A stretch of 32,000 bases of DNA, from the NCBI GenBank assembly GCA_020632335.1, contig JACKFV010000001.1, forward strand, positions 420,001 to 452,000, in the 5' to 3' direction. A program made the translations under genes and the position numbers. The notes under the pieces were generated by a model, which was given only the letters and a program-made list of their open reading frames with translations, made no database searches and was not told the DNA's origin. Positions 7,147 through 14,371 of the stretch are shown here, in pieces (position 1 is the stretch's first letter; every line of letters begins with the position of its first letter). Source of the DNA: Candidatus Saccharimonadota bacterium (lineage in GTDB: Bacteria > Patescibacteriota > Gracilibacteria > UBA4473).

Positions 7147-9273
7147 ATGGACCTCCGCCCCGCAGACGAACCGAAAAAAATCACGCCAGAAGCCATCGCT
7201 GAGGCGCTCTCCAGCTATTGTGTGGACTTCACGGCTAAGGCCAAGGCGGGCAAAATAGACCCCATCATCGGCCGCGATGAAGAAATCCGCCGGACGATAC
7301 AGATCCTCAGCCGTCGGACGAAGAATAACCCCGTGCTCATCGGGGAGGCGGGGGTAGGCAAAACCGCCATTGTGGAGGGGCTAGCGTATGAGATTTTCAA
7401 GAAAAAAGTGCCCGAGAGCATCCAGGATAAACGCGTGCTGGCGCTGGACCTCGCCGCGCTCATCGCGGGGGCGAAGTACCGGGGGGAGTTTGAGGAGCGG
7501 CTGAAACTGGTGCTGAAGGGGGTGCAAGACGCTGCCGGGGGCATCATTCTCTTCATCGACGAGCTGCATACCATCATCGGTGCGGGGGCCAGTAGCGGCG
7601 CGATGGACGCCAGCAATCTCCTTAAACCCGCGCTCAGCAGGGGCGAGCTGCACTGCATTGGCGCCACCACCACGGCGGAGTACCGCCAGTACATCGAGAA
7701 AGACCCGGCACTGGAGCGACGGTTCCAGCAGGTCTACATCGACGAGCCTACGCGTGAGGAAGCCCTGGCGATCCTCCGGGGTATCCGCGAACGGTATGAG
7801 ATCCACCATGGGGTGCGCATCACCGACGACGCGCTCATCGCCGCGATTGACCTCTCCATCCGCTACCTGCCCGACCGCCGCCTGCCCGACAAGGCTATCG
7901 ACCTTATGGACGAGAGCATGAGCAAGCTGAAGCTGGAGATAGAGAGCGAGCCTGAGGAAATCGCGGCCAAGAAGCGTGACCTCATGACCCTAGAACTAGA
8001 GGCCGCGGCGATCAAATCTGACCCGAGTAAAGCCGTGGAACTGGCCACTATCCGTGAGAAAATCACGAGTACGCAGGCCAGCCTCGCCGCGCTGCAGGAG
8101 CGATGGAAGGGTGAGCAAGAGCTCCTGGAGGCCATCAAGCACACCAAGGCGAAGATCGACAAGCTCATGCTGGACGCCGATAAAGCCCGCCGAGACGCCG
8201 ACTATGCCCGCCTGGCGGAGATCCTCCACGGGCAGCTGCCGGCGCTGGAGCAACAGCTGAAGGAGCAACAAGACAAGACCAAGGGCGCGCTGGTGCGTGA
8301 CCAGGTAACGGCTGAGGACATCGCTAAGATAGTGGCTAAGTGGACGGGTATCCCTGCGACGAAGCTCACGCAGACCGAGAGCCAGAAGCTCTCACACCTG
8401 GAGGACGAGCTACACCGCCGTGTCATCGGGCAGCACCGGGCCGTCACCGCGGTGTCTAACGCTATCCGTCGCAACCGCACCGGGCTGACTAAGGGCGATA
8501 AACCCATCGGGAGTTTCCTCTTCCTCGGCCCTACGGGAGTGGGGAAAACCGAGCTAGCCAAGGCCCTGGCAGCCGAGCTCTTTGACACCGAGAAGGCCAT
8601 GATACGCTTTGACATGAGCGAGTTTATGGAGGCTCACTCGGTGAGCCGGCTCATTGGCGCGCCACCGGGATATATCGGCTTTGAGGCCGGGGGCGAGCTG
8701 ACCGAGGCGCTGCGTACTCACCCCTACTGCGTGCTGCTTTTCGACGAGGTGGAGAAGGCCCACCGGGACGTCTTTAATATCTTCCTGCAGCTGCTGGATG
8801 AGGGGCACATCACCGACAGTAAGGGCCGCCAGGTGAGTGGCAAGCAGTGCATTGTGATCTTCACCTCGAACCTCGCGCATGATCTCTTCCTCGGCGAGGT
8901 CATGCCCGACGACCTCACCGTACGCAAAGAGCTACAGCGCTTCTTCCGCCCGGAGTTCCTCAACCGTTTAGACTCTATCATTGGCTTCCACCCGCTGAGC
9001 AAAGACCACATCGCGCAGATCCTCGGCATACAGCTGAGCAGCCTGCGCAAACGCCTGCAAGAGAAGGGCATCGCTATCACCTTCACTGACGCCGCCCAGG
9101 CCTGGCTGACCGAGCGAGGATTCGACCCCGAGTTTGGTGCCCGGCCGCTCAAACGCGTCATAGAGCGCGAGCTGCTTGACCCCCTGGCCATGCAGATGAT
9201 AGAAGGCACGGTGAGCCAGAACATCACGGTAGACGTCGCTGATGGGCAGATACTCTTCCGCGGTGGGGGGTAA
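7147..9273 (+). CDS. clpB: ClpB-type AAA+ disaggregase without the Clp_N domain
   Basis: Two Walker A motifs ([16 protein letters not shown]) with a long coiled-coil M-domain between the nucleotide-binding domains. The protein starts just before [14 protein letters not shown], so the roughly 150-aa N-domain is absent. Confidence 0.95.
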   Translation: MDLRPADEPKKITPEAIAEALSSYCVDFTAKAKAGKIDPIIGRDEEIRRTIQILSRRTKNNPVLIGEAGVGKTAIVEGLAYEIFKKKVPESIQDKRVLALDLAALIAGAKYRGEFEERLKLVLKGVQDAAGGIILFIDELHTIIGAGASSGAMDASNLLKPALSRGELHCIGATTTAEYRQYIEKDPALERRFQQVYIDEPTREEALAILRGIRERYEIHHGVRITDDALIAAIDLSIRYLPDRRLPDKAIDLMDESMSKLKLEIESEPEEIAAKKRDLMTLELEAAAIKSDPSKAVELATIREKITSTQASLAALQERWKGEQELLEAIKHTKAKIDKLMLDADKARRDADYARLAEILHGQLPALEQQLKEQQDKTKGALVRDQVTAEDIAKIVAKWTGIPATKLTQTESQKLSHLEDELHRRVIGQHRAVTAVSNAIRRNRTGLTKGDKPIGSFLFLGPTGVGKTELAKALAAELFDTEKAMIRFDMSEFMEAHSVSRLIGAPPGYIGFEAGGELTEALRTHPYCVLLFDEVEKAHRDVFNIFLQLLDEGHITDSKGRQVSGKQCIVIFTSNLAHDLFLGEVMPDDLTVRKELQRFFRPEFLNRLDSIIGFHPLSKDHIAQILGIQLSSLRKRLQEKGIAITFTDAAQAWLTERGFDPEFGARPLKRVIERELLDPLAMQMIEGTVSQNITVDVADGQILFRGGG

Positions 9274-9288
9274 AAACAGTGCTAAACA

Positions 9289-9316
9289 TTGACAAAAACC
9301 ACAGATAGTTTACAGT
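9289..9316 (+). promoter_or_regulatory. Putative promoter of the islet membrane-protein gene
   Basis: TTGACA, 16 nt, TACAGT, in the AT-rich DNA immediately after clpB. The ATG at 9360 lies about 44 nt downstream. Confidence 0.4.
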
Positions 9317-9617
9317 GTGTACAAATAGTTCTTTTACTTTATTCAAAAATTTTTAATGTATGAAAAAATTATTATTGGCGTCGACGTCATTTTTATTACT
9401 TTTTGTGCCATTTTTAATAGTGGTGTACATGTTTAAAGTCCTTCTGGGAGAGCAACCCGATGATTTTTGTGGTGCCGCTGCAGGAACTGTCGTCTTGATT
9501 GGTGTAGTGATTCTTGTGGTGATGATTCTAGTGGTGGTTTCTATCATGACTAATGATGGGGAGCGAATTCCCCAGCTAAAGCGAAAACGGAATATTCTCA
9601 CCCTCTGGGTACTAATA

Positions 9618-9625
9618 TTTGGTTA
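9618..9625. repeat. Target-site duplication, left copy (TTTGGTTA)
   Basis: Identical 8-mer directly abutting both IS ends; the other copy is at 10358-10365. Confidence 0.9.
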
Positions 9626-9646
9626 GGTTCAAGATAAGTTGAGAGG
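9626..9646. repeat. IS terminal inverted repeat (left)
   Basis: GGTTCAAGATAAGTTGAGAGG is the exact reverse complement of 10337-10357. Confidence 0.9.
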
Positions 9647-10306
9647 GTTATTACGGAGTAATTTAAGAATTATAGCATAGATATTTTGGTAGCGGTAATT
9701 GAATCTAAATTCGGATTCTTTGAGGTGAAGATAAAAGTGAGATTTGTGAATTCCACGAAATTTAGCAAGTCTGACTTTTGCAATTCCCCAGAAATTTTCA
9801 ATACCATTAATGTGTGACTTTCCACGAGCAAATTCGTCTTTTGAATGATAAACACGATGATGTGTATATCCATTCAAAATTAAGCTATCATAACTCTTCC
9901 ATCCATCAGAATTTACGGTGCTACCTTCCAATATCTTCCCTTTGATAATTGGTATTATCTCTTTCCTAGAAACATTTTGTATGATTTGAGTATATACTTT
10001 CCCGTCTCGCTTTAGCAGGCCAAATACAATTGTTTTTCCTTTTGCCCCTCTGCCTCTTTTTCCACGTACTCGTTTTGCCCCAAAGTAACTTTCATCCACT
10101 TCAAACACGCCACTTTCACGAGTAGCCTTTTCACTTTCTTCTGCAATTATTTCTCGTATTTTCGTGACAATTTTGTTTATTGTTGGACGAGAAATATTTG
10201 TCAGTTGTGCAATTTTTTCAGCTTCTAAATCCAAAGAAAAATACTTTATTATTTCTCTAAATTTAGCTTCTGAAATTCTTGAACGATAGCAGTATTTATT
10301 CTTCAT
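9629..10306 (-). CDS. IS1595-family (ISXO2-like DDE) transposase
   Basis: 225 aa with an N-terminal HTH-like region (IAQLTNISRPTINKIV). Core motifs: FEVDESYFG...KRGRGAKGKTIVFGLLKRDGKVYTQ...VNSDGWKSYD...HINGIENFWG. Confidence 0.9.
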   Translation of the reverse strand: MKNKYCYRSRISEAKFREIIKYFSLDLEAEKIAQLTNISRPTINKIVTKIREIIAEESEKATRESGVFEVDESYFGAKRVRGKRGRGAKGKTIVFGLLKRDGKVYTQIIQNVSRKEIIPIIKGKILEGSTVNSDGWKSYDSLILNGYTHHRVYHSKDEFARGKSHINGIENFWGIAKVRLAKFRGIHKSHFYLHLKESEFRFNYRYQNIYAIILKLLRNNPLNLS

Positions 10307-10336
10307 TTCTGGTAAGAGGATAAGTCTTTTTTTTAT

Positions 10337-10357
10337 CCTCTCAACTTATCTTGAACC
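10337..10357. repeat. IS terminal inverted repeat (right)
   Basis: CCTCTCAACTTATCTTGAACC is the exact reverse complement of 9626-9646. Confidence 0.9.
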
Positions 10358-10365
10358 TTTGGTTA
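10358..10365. repeat. Target-site duplication, right copy (TTTGGTTA)
   Basis: Identical to 9618-9625. Confidence 0.9.
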
Positions 10366-10823
10366 TATATGCCTCGTATCATCGGGGATAGGATATACCT
10401 CCAGACCTAGCGAGGGTGTGCATGTCTTCCAGAATGGGAAATATGTTCCTGAGGTTCACTTTAATAACCCGTTTTTGCCGGACTGTATGGTTCGGTACTA
10501 TGAGGAGAAGCAGAAACTCCACCATGTCTTTAACTACGAGCACGATGGTGTCATATACCACATACCCGTAGAAGCCTCGCTTCGCTTCTCTATTGAGAGT
10601 AAGGCCTTTCAAAAAGATATCGATAAGTATGGTGGAGATCTGGATAAAATGCTAGAGGAGTTGGCACGCAGGATCTTTGATAATGCTCGCTACTCATTCT
10701 CAATGCCGCCCACAGGAGGTGTATTAATGCAAAAAATTCCCGAAAGTACCCGAGAAATTATTGCTGAAACACCCTATACTCGGCTTGAGATCACGTACTA
10801 ATTAGTAGCTAAAATAACAGGCT

Positions 10824-10842
10824 GTCGGGTATATTACCCGAT
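10824..10842 (+). terminator. Possible hairpin terminator after the islet gene
   Basis: CGGGTA-tat-TACCCG forms a perfect 6-bp stem (10826-10840), extendable by T:A and G:T pairs. It lies 23 nt after the TAA stop. The T-tract that follows is weak (tggccttctttctg). Confidence 0.35.
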
Positions 10843-10915
10843 GGCCTTCTTTCTGTCTCCAGAATTTTCTATCACAATGCCAAATGCCAGCGGAGAAATA
10901 CATATGCTTCCCTGA

Positions 10916-10960
10916 GGGGGAGCCGAACTCACGACCTCTCACCGGCTGAGCTATAGCCCC
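10916..10960 (-). other. Decayed tRNA-like fragment (5' acceptor/D-arm plus T-loop-like piece, no anticodon arm)
   Basis: Minus strand reads GGGGCTATAGCTCAGCCGGTGAGAGGTCGTGAGTTCGGCTCCCCC. The first 25 nt or so look like a tRNA 5' acceptor and D-arm, and GAGGTC-GTGAG-TTCGGCT looks like a variable loop and T-arm. I cannot build an anticodon stem, a 3' T-stem or a 3' acceptor strand. Confidence 0.3.
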
Positions 10961-11023
10961 ACAAAGAACCAGAACTACCCTCTCCTTGTACACCAGGGTG
11001 TCAAATGAGATTTAGTGACCCTA

Positions 11024-11052
11024 TTGCCTTCCCGCGCTAAAGCCTCTAGAAT
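11024..11052 (+). promoter_or_regulatory. Leaderless-type promoter of the 11059 membrane-protein/pilin operon
   Basis: TTGCCT, 17 nt, TAGAAT, 6 nt, ATG 11059. Confidence 0.55.
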
Positions 11053-11058
11053 AGAAGC

Positions 11059-11865
11059 ATGCCACAAGAGTTCATTCCTCCCGATGCGGCCGTACCCCTC
11101 CCCGAGCCGCTGAGTGACCCCAAACCCGAGCAGTCCTCGCTCGCGCTCATCTTCATCCGGGCGGCGATAGGCCTGGGGTCGGGCGTCTTGGGCGCGATTA
11201 TCCTGGCGCTGGTGCTCCTGTTGAGCTGGAATGTGGTGGGCGACACCCTCACCCCGCAAGACGCCATCACCAATGAGTTTGGTGTCCAGCAGGTGCTGCA
11301 GCCGCAGAATCCGCTCTTTCTCTGGTTTGTGTTGCTGGCGGTATTCTTTGGCACCCTGGTGGCGAATATCACCCACACCCTGCTGGTCACCGTTACCGAG
11401 GCCATCAGTTTCAACCGCGGCACGGTGCTCACCCATGTGTTCTTCGGGCACCTGGTGCTGCTCTTCCCGGTGTTGGTGCTCTACCTCAGTGCCAGTAGTG
11501 GCTTCAGCAGTGATGGCGTTACCATGGCCGCGCTGGGGCATATGACGCTCATGGTGGTCTTTACTTACTGGGTACAGCAGACCTTCCGTAAGGACACCAG
11601 CGCGCTGGTGCACCTCTATGGCATGGTACTCGGGCTGATTATGGCTGCTCTCCTCTGTATGCTGCTCTTTAGCGCGGGGCGCACGGTGCTGATCTTCGGC
11701 ATGATGCCCCTGCTGATGGGCGCCCTCTACGCGAGTAACGGCGCGGTGCACGCGCTCTACCACTGGCTCACGAGCCTCTACGGCACCGAGTTTCTGTCGT
11801 CGGAGAGTACGCTCGGGGCTGATACCTTCACCGACGCTAACCCGGCCGAGCATGAAACGCTCTAG
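11059..11865 (+). CDS. Polytopic membrane protein (about 6 TM), unknown family
   Basis: 268-aa ORF with repeated hydrophobic helices and host-like GC content. Its stop overlaps the next gene's start by 14 nt. The long antisense ORF 10975-12255 is judged spurious. Confidence 0.7.
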   Translation: MPQEFIPPDAAVPLPEPLSDPKPEQSSLALIFIRAAIGLGSGVLGAIILALVLLLSWNVVGDTLTPQDAITNEFGVQQVLQPQNPLFLWFVLLAVFFGTLVANITHTLLVTVTEAISFNRGTVLTHVFFGHLVLLFPVLVLYLSASSGFSSDGVTMAALGHMTLMVVFTYWVQQTFRKDTSALVHLYGMVLGLIMAALLCMLLFSAGRTVLIFGMMPLLMGALYASNGAVHALYHWLTSLYGTEFLSSESTLGADTFTDANPAEHETL

Positions 11866-12289
11866 ATTTCTCGCCCTCTGCAGCGCTTTTGTCATCACCA
11901 GCATGGCCAGCGCGCAGCAGAAGATCGCCGGGTATGAGGGCCCCCTGCCGCAAGATCTAGCGTCTAACGCCCTGCACAACAAGTACTGGGATATGCTCCT
12001 GCGGCCGGGGAGTATTTCCATCTCTGATCGCATCGCTGCGGGGACGCTCCAGTGGTGGGATATCGGCCTGGTGGCTATTTTCGCCATCGACCTACTTACC
12101 CGTATGGCGGGCACCATAGCGGTGGTGATGTTTGTCTTCCATGCCTTCCAGTACATGACCGCCAGCGTAGGGGGCGACAAACGCGCCGAGGAGGCCCTCA
12201 AGGGCATCGGGAATGTCATCGGGGGGCTACTCATCACCTTCCTCTCCTGGATCATCGTTAACTACATTATCATCGCGCTGACGTCTTAA
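11852..12289 (+). CDS. VirB2/TrbC-like (CPR-type T4SS) pilin-like protein
   Basis: Signal peptide MKRSRFLALCSAFVITSMASA. C-terminal two-helix hairpin: AGTIAVVMFVFHAFQYMTASVGGDKRAEEALKGIGNVIGGLLITFLSWIIVNYIIIAL. This matches the TM, short polar loop, TM layout of T4SS pilins. The assignment rests on topology and motif only. Confidence 0.6.
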   Translation: MKRSRFLALCSAFVITSMASAQQKIAGYEGPLPQDLASNALHNKYWDMLLRPGSISISDRIAAGTLQWWDIGLVAIFAIDLLTRMAGTIAVVMFVFHAFQYMTASVGGDKRAEEALKGIGNVIGGLLITFLSWIIVNYIIIALTS

Positions 12290-12299
12290 TCTCCTCATA

Positions 12300-12327
12300 T
12301 TGCGCTCGTGACTCTGTGGCCTACACT
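12300..12327 (+). promoter_or_regulatory. Leaderless-type promoter of prfA
   Basis: TTGCGC, 16 nt, TACACT, 6 nt, ATG 12334. Confidence 0.5.
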
Positions 12328-12333
12328 CCCCCT

Positions 12334-13392
12334 ATGCAAGAGAAAGCCCTCGCCCTCATCACCGAGCTCCAGCACCTGCAGGCACAGCTGCGTGACCCGG
12401 CCATCTATAGCGATGTCACCCACGCTACGCGCGTTGCGCAGCAGCTGAAAGCTCTCGAGCCCAAGGCCGCCATTGCGAGCAGCTATCTCTCCCTCCTGCA
12501 GCAGCGACAAGACGCCGAGCAGCTTCTCTCCAGCGAGAAAGACCCCGAGATGCTGGAGCTAGCAAAAGCCGAGCTGGAAGACGCCAAGACCCAGCTCCCT
12601 ACGGCCGAAGAAGCGCTCACTCAGGCGCTCATACCCGTAGACCCAGATGACGAGCGCGACTGCATCATCGAGGTGCGTGCTGGCGTCGGGGGTGACGAAG
12701 CCTGCCTCTTTGCTGAGGAAGCCGAGCGTATGTGGCTGCGCTTTGCGGAGATGCAGGGCTTTACCACGCATCTGCTCAGCAGTACCCCGAATGAGAGCGG
12801 AGGGATCAAAGAGAGCATCATCGAGGTGCACGGCTATGGGGCCTATGGCAAGCTGAAGTACGAGAGCGGCGTGCATCGGGTGCAGCGCGTGCCGCGGACC
12901 GAGTCGCAGGGGCGGCTGCACACCAGTGCCATCAGCGCGGTGGTCATGCCCGAGGTAGAGCAGACCACCGTGGAGATCCACCCCAATGACCTGCGTATAG
13001 ACGTCTTCCGTAGCTCGGGGAATGGCGGCCAGAGCGTCAACACCACTGACAGCGCCGTGCGCGTCACGCACCTGCCTACCGGCATTATCGTCACCTGCCA
13101 GGATGATAAATCTCAGCACAAGAATAAGGCCAAAGCCATCAAGGTGCTGGCGTCGCGCCTCCACGCCATAGAGGAGGAAGCCCGCCGAGAAGCGCTCGGA
13201 GAGAAGCGCCTCAGCAGCATTGGCTCGGGGGATAGGAGCGAAAAAGTCCGCACCTATAACTTCCCACAAGACCGCGTGACCGACCACCGCATTGGTCAGA
13301 ATTTTAGCAATCTTCCGGGCGTACTGGACGGTAACCTCCTGAAGATAGTCGAGGCCCTGGCGGTAGAAGAGCAGCGCCTGCGGCTGGCGTAA
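12334..13392 (+). CDS. prfA: Peptide chain release factor 1
   Basis: HRVQRVPRTESQGRLHTS carries the PxT tripeptide. The GGQ motif is in SSGNGGQSVNTTDSAVRVTHLPTG. ATG 12334 is preferred over GTG 12316 because of the -10 box position. Confidence 0.95.
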   Translation: MQEKALALITELQHLQAQLRDPAIYSDVTHATRVAQQLKALEPKAAIASSYLSLLQQRQDAEQLLSSEKDPEMLELAKAELEDAKTQLPTAEEALTQALIPVDPDDERDCIIEVRAGVGGDEACLFAEEAERMWLRFAEMQGFTTHLLSSTPNESGGIKESIIEVHGYGAYGKLKYESGVHRVQRVPRTESQGRLHTSAISAVVMPEVEQTTVEIHPNDLRIDVFRSSGNGGQSVNTTDSAVRVTHLPTGIIVTCQDDKSQHKNKAKAIKVLASRLHAIEEEARREALGEKRLSSIGSGDRSEKVRTYNFPQDRVTDHRIGQNFSNLPGVLDGNLLKIVEALAVEEQRLRLA

Positions 13393-13433
13393 CCCCTAGC
13401 GCGGCTGCCTCAGGCCTGCTATAGTAGAGACGC

Positions 13434-14342
13434 ATGCATATCCTCCTCTTGCATATTTCGGGCAAAGAGACCGAGCGAACCCTCACTCGGGAGGCGCTGA
13501 GCGAGGAGCTACAGGTGGCGCTGCGGGACTTGAGGCCCGTCTTTACCCCGAAGCAGATGATCACGCTGCTACCGCGGGGAGAGAGTATTATTGCCAATCT
13601 CTTGCACGTGAAGCTCATCATCACGCCTCTGCAGGTGTATATTTTTCAGAGTAAGTCTAGGAAAATACAAGAAGAGTTTTTGCCGGTTATTCGCAACGCC
13701 GTACACGCTGATGCCGAGCACAGCTGCTTTCACTTCCGCATGCTGGACGCCGCGCTTACCTATGCGCTGCAGACCATGGCGCAGCTCTTCCGCCCGCTGG
13801 AGGAGCAGGCCGAGCAGATCCTCCATTCGCTCTCTAGTGCTGCTTCAGAGACGGACCTCAACCAGCTCCTGCTGATCAAGAAAAAACTCCAGAAGATTAG
13901 CACTACCATCACCGTGGCCGAGGAACTGCTGGAAGAGACCCTTGAGTCGCCCGACACGCTGGAGGCCCTTACCCTCACTCCAGACACCACAGCTGATGAG
14001 CCCGAGCTCACCTCGATTCTCGAGAATGCCTTTGAGCAAATAGAGCAGCTGAGCCACGAGATAGAAGACATCACCGAGAGCATTGACGATACGCAGGAGA
14101 TCCTCACCCTGCAGCTCTCCGCGCGGCGTAATACCATCATCCGTATTGACCTGCTGATCTCACTTCTCTCGGGTATTTTTGCCTTTCTGGCCGTCATTGT
14201 GGGGCTCTATGGCGTGAACCTTAAAAACCACCTGGAGACCTCACCACTGGCCTTTGCACTGCTCAGTATGGGGCTCTTTATGTGTTTTGTGCTCGCTCTG
14301 CTCGGGGGGGTGTATTACCTCAAGCGCAAGCGTATCCTCTAG
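13434..14342 (+). CDS. CorA/Mrs2-type 2-TM-GxN divalent cation channel with a GVN motif
   Basis: C-terminal TM1-LYGVNL-TM2-KRKRIL architecture. N-terminal Mrs2-like motifs: LRDLRPVF, LLPRGESIIANLLHVKLIITP, FHFRMLDAAL. GVN is encoded at 14211-14219. Confidence 0.85.
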   Translation: MHILLLHISGKETERTLTREALSEELQVALRDLRPVFTPKQMITLLPRGESIIANLLHVKLIITPLQVYIFQSKSRKIQEEFLPVIRNAVHADAEHSCFHFRMLDAALTYALQTMAQLFRPLEEQAEQILHSLSSAASETDLNQLLLIKKKLQKISTTITVAEELLEETLESPDTLEALTLTPDTTADEPELTSILENAFEQIEQLSHEIEDITESIDDTQEILTLQLSARRNTIIRIDLLISLLSGIFAFLAVIVGLYGVNLKNHLETSPLAFALLSMGLFMCFVLALLGGVYYLKRKRIL

Positions 14343-14371
14343 GCACCACTTGTCATCAGAGAAGGCCTGAT

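Larger units (their letters stand above)
9626..10357 (-). mobile_element. IS1595-family insertion sequence (732 bp), apparently intact
   Basis: Perfect 21-bp terminal inverted repeats, a single DDE transposase ORF filling the element, and a flanking 8-bp direct repeat. It is visibly more AT-rich than the host DNA. Confidence 0.9.
9360..10801 (+). pseudogene. Membrane-protein gene interrupted by an IS element (exon-like halves 9360..9625 and 10366..10801)
   Basis: The TAG stop of ORF 9360-9626 is formed across the IS junction. Removing the IS and one TSD copy (740 nt) joins it in frame, with no stop, to ORF 10418-10801. The rejoined ORF is 702 nt (233 aa) and has about 3 N-terminal TM segments. 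Confidence 0.75.

Noticed and set aside
9360-9626. Apparently intact 88-aa small membrane-protein gene.
   Set aside because: Its TAG stop is created by the IS junction. It is the 5' half of the disrupted 233-aa gene, not an independent gene.
10916-10960. Possible functional tRNA gene at the islet border.
   Set aside because: Only the 5' acceptor, D-arm and a T-loop-like piece can be recognised. No anticodon stem-loop, 3' T-stem or 3' acceptor strand can be paired within 100 nt. It is reported only as a remnant.
10975-12255. 426-aa ORF on the minus strand. Similar long antisense ORFs occur at 800-1555(-), 1685-2665(-), 19019-20068(+), 24046-24960(+), 26516-27304(-) and 27356-28291(-).
   Set aside because: All lie antisense to genes with clear homology or clear membrane or secretory character. 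Their products are Arg/Gly/Pro/His-rich and low in complexity. Long stop-free antisense frames are expected in GC-rich coding DNA.
12334-13392. Only RF1 is present in the window, so UGA recoding was considered, as in some candidate phyla.
   Set aside because: yraN, tatD and nrdR end in TGA at positions consistent with homologue lengths. No conserved gene shows in-frame TGA. The standard code fits, and RF2 is presumably elsewhere.
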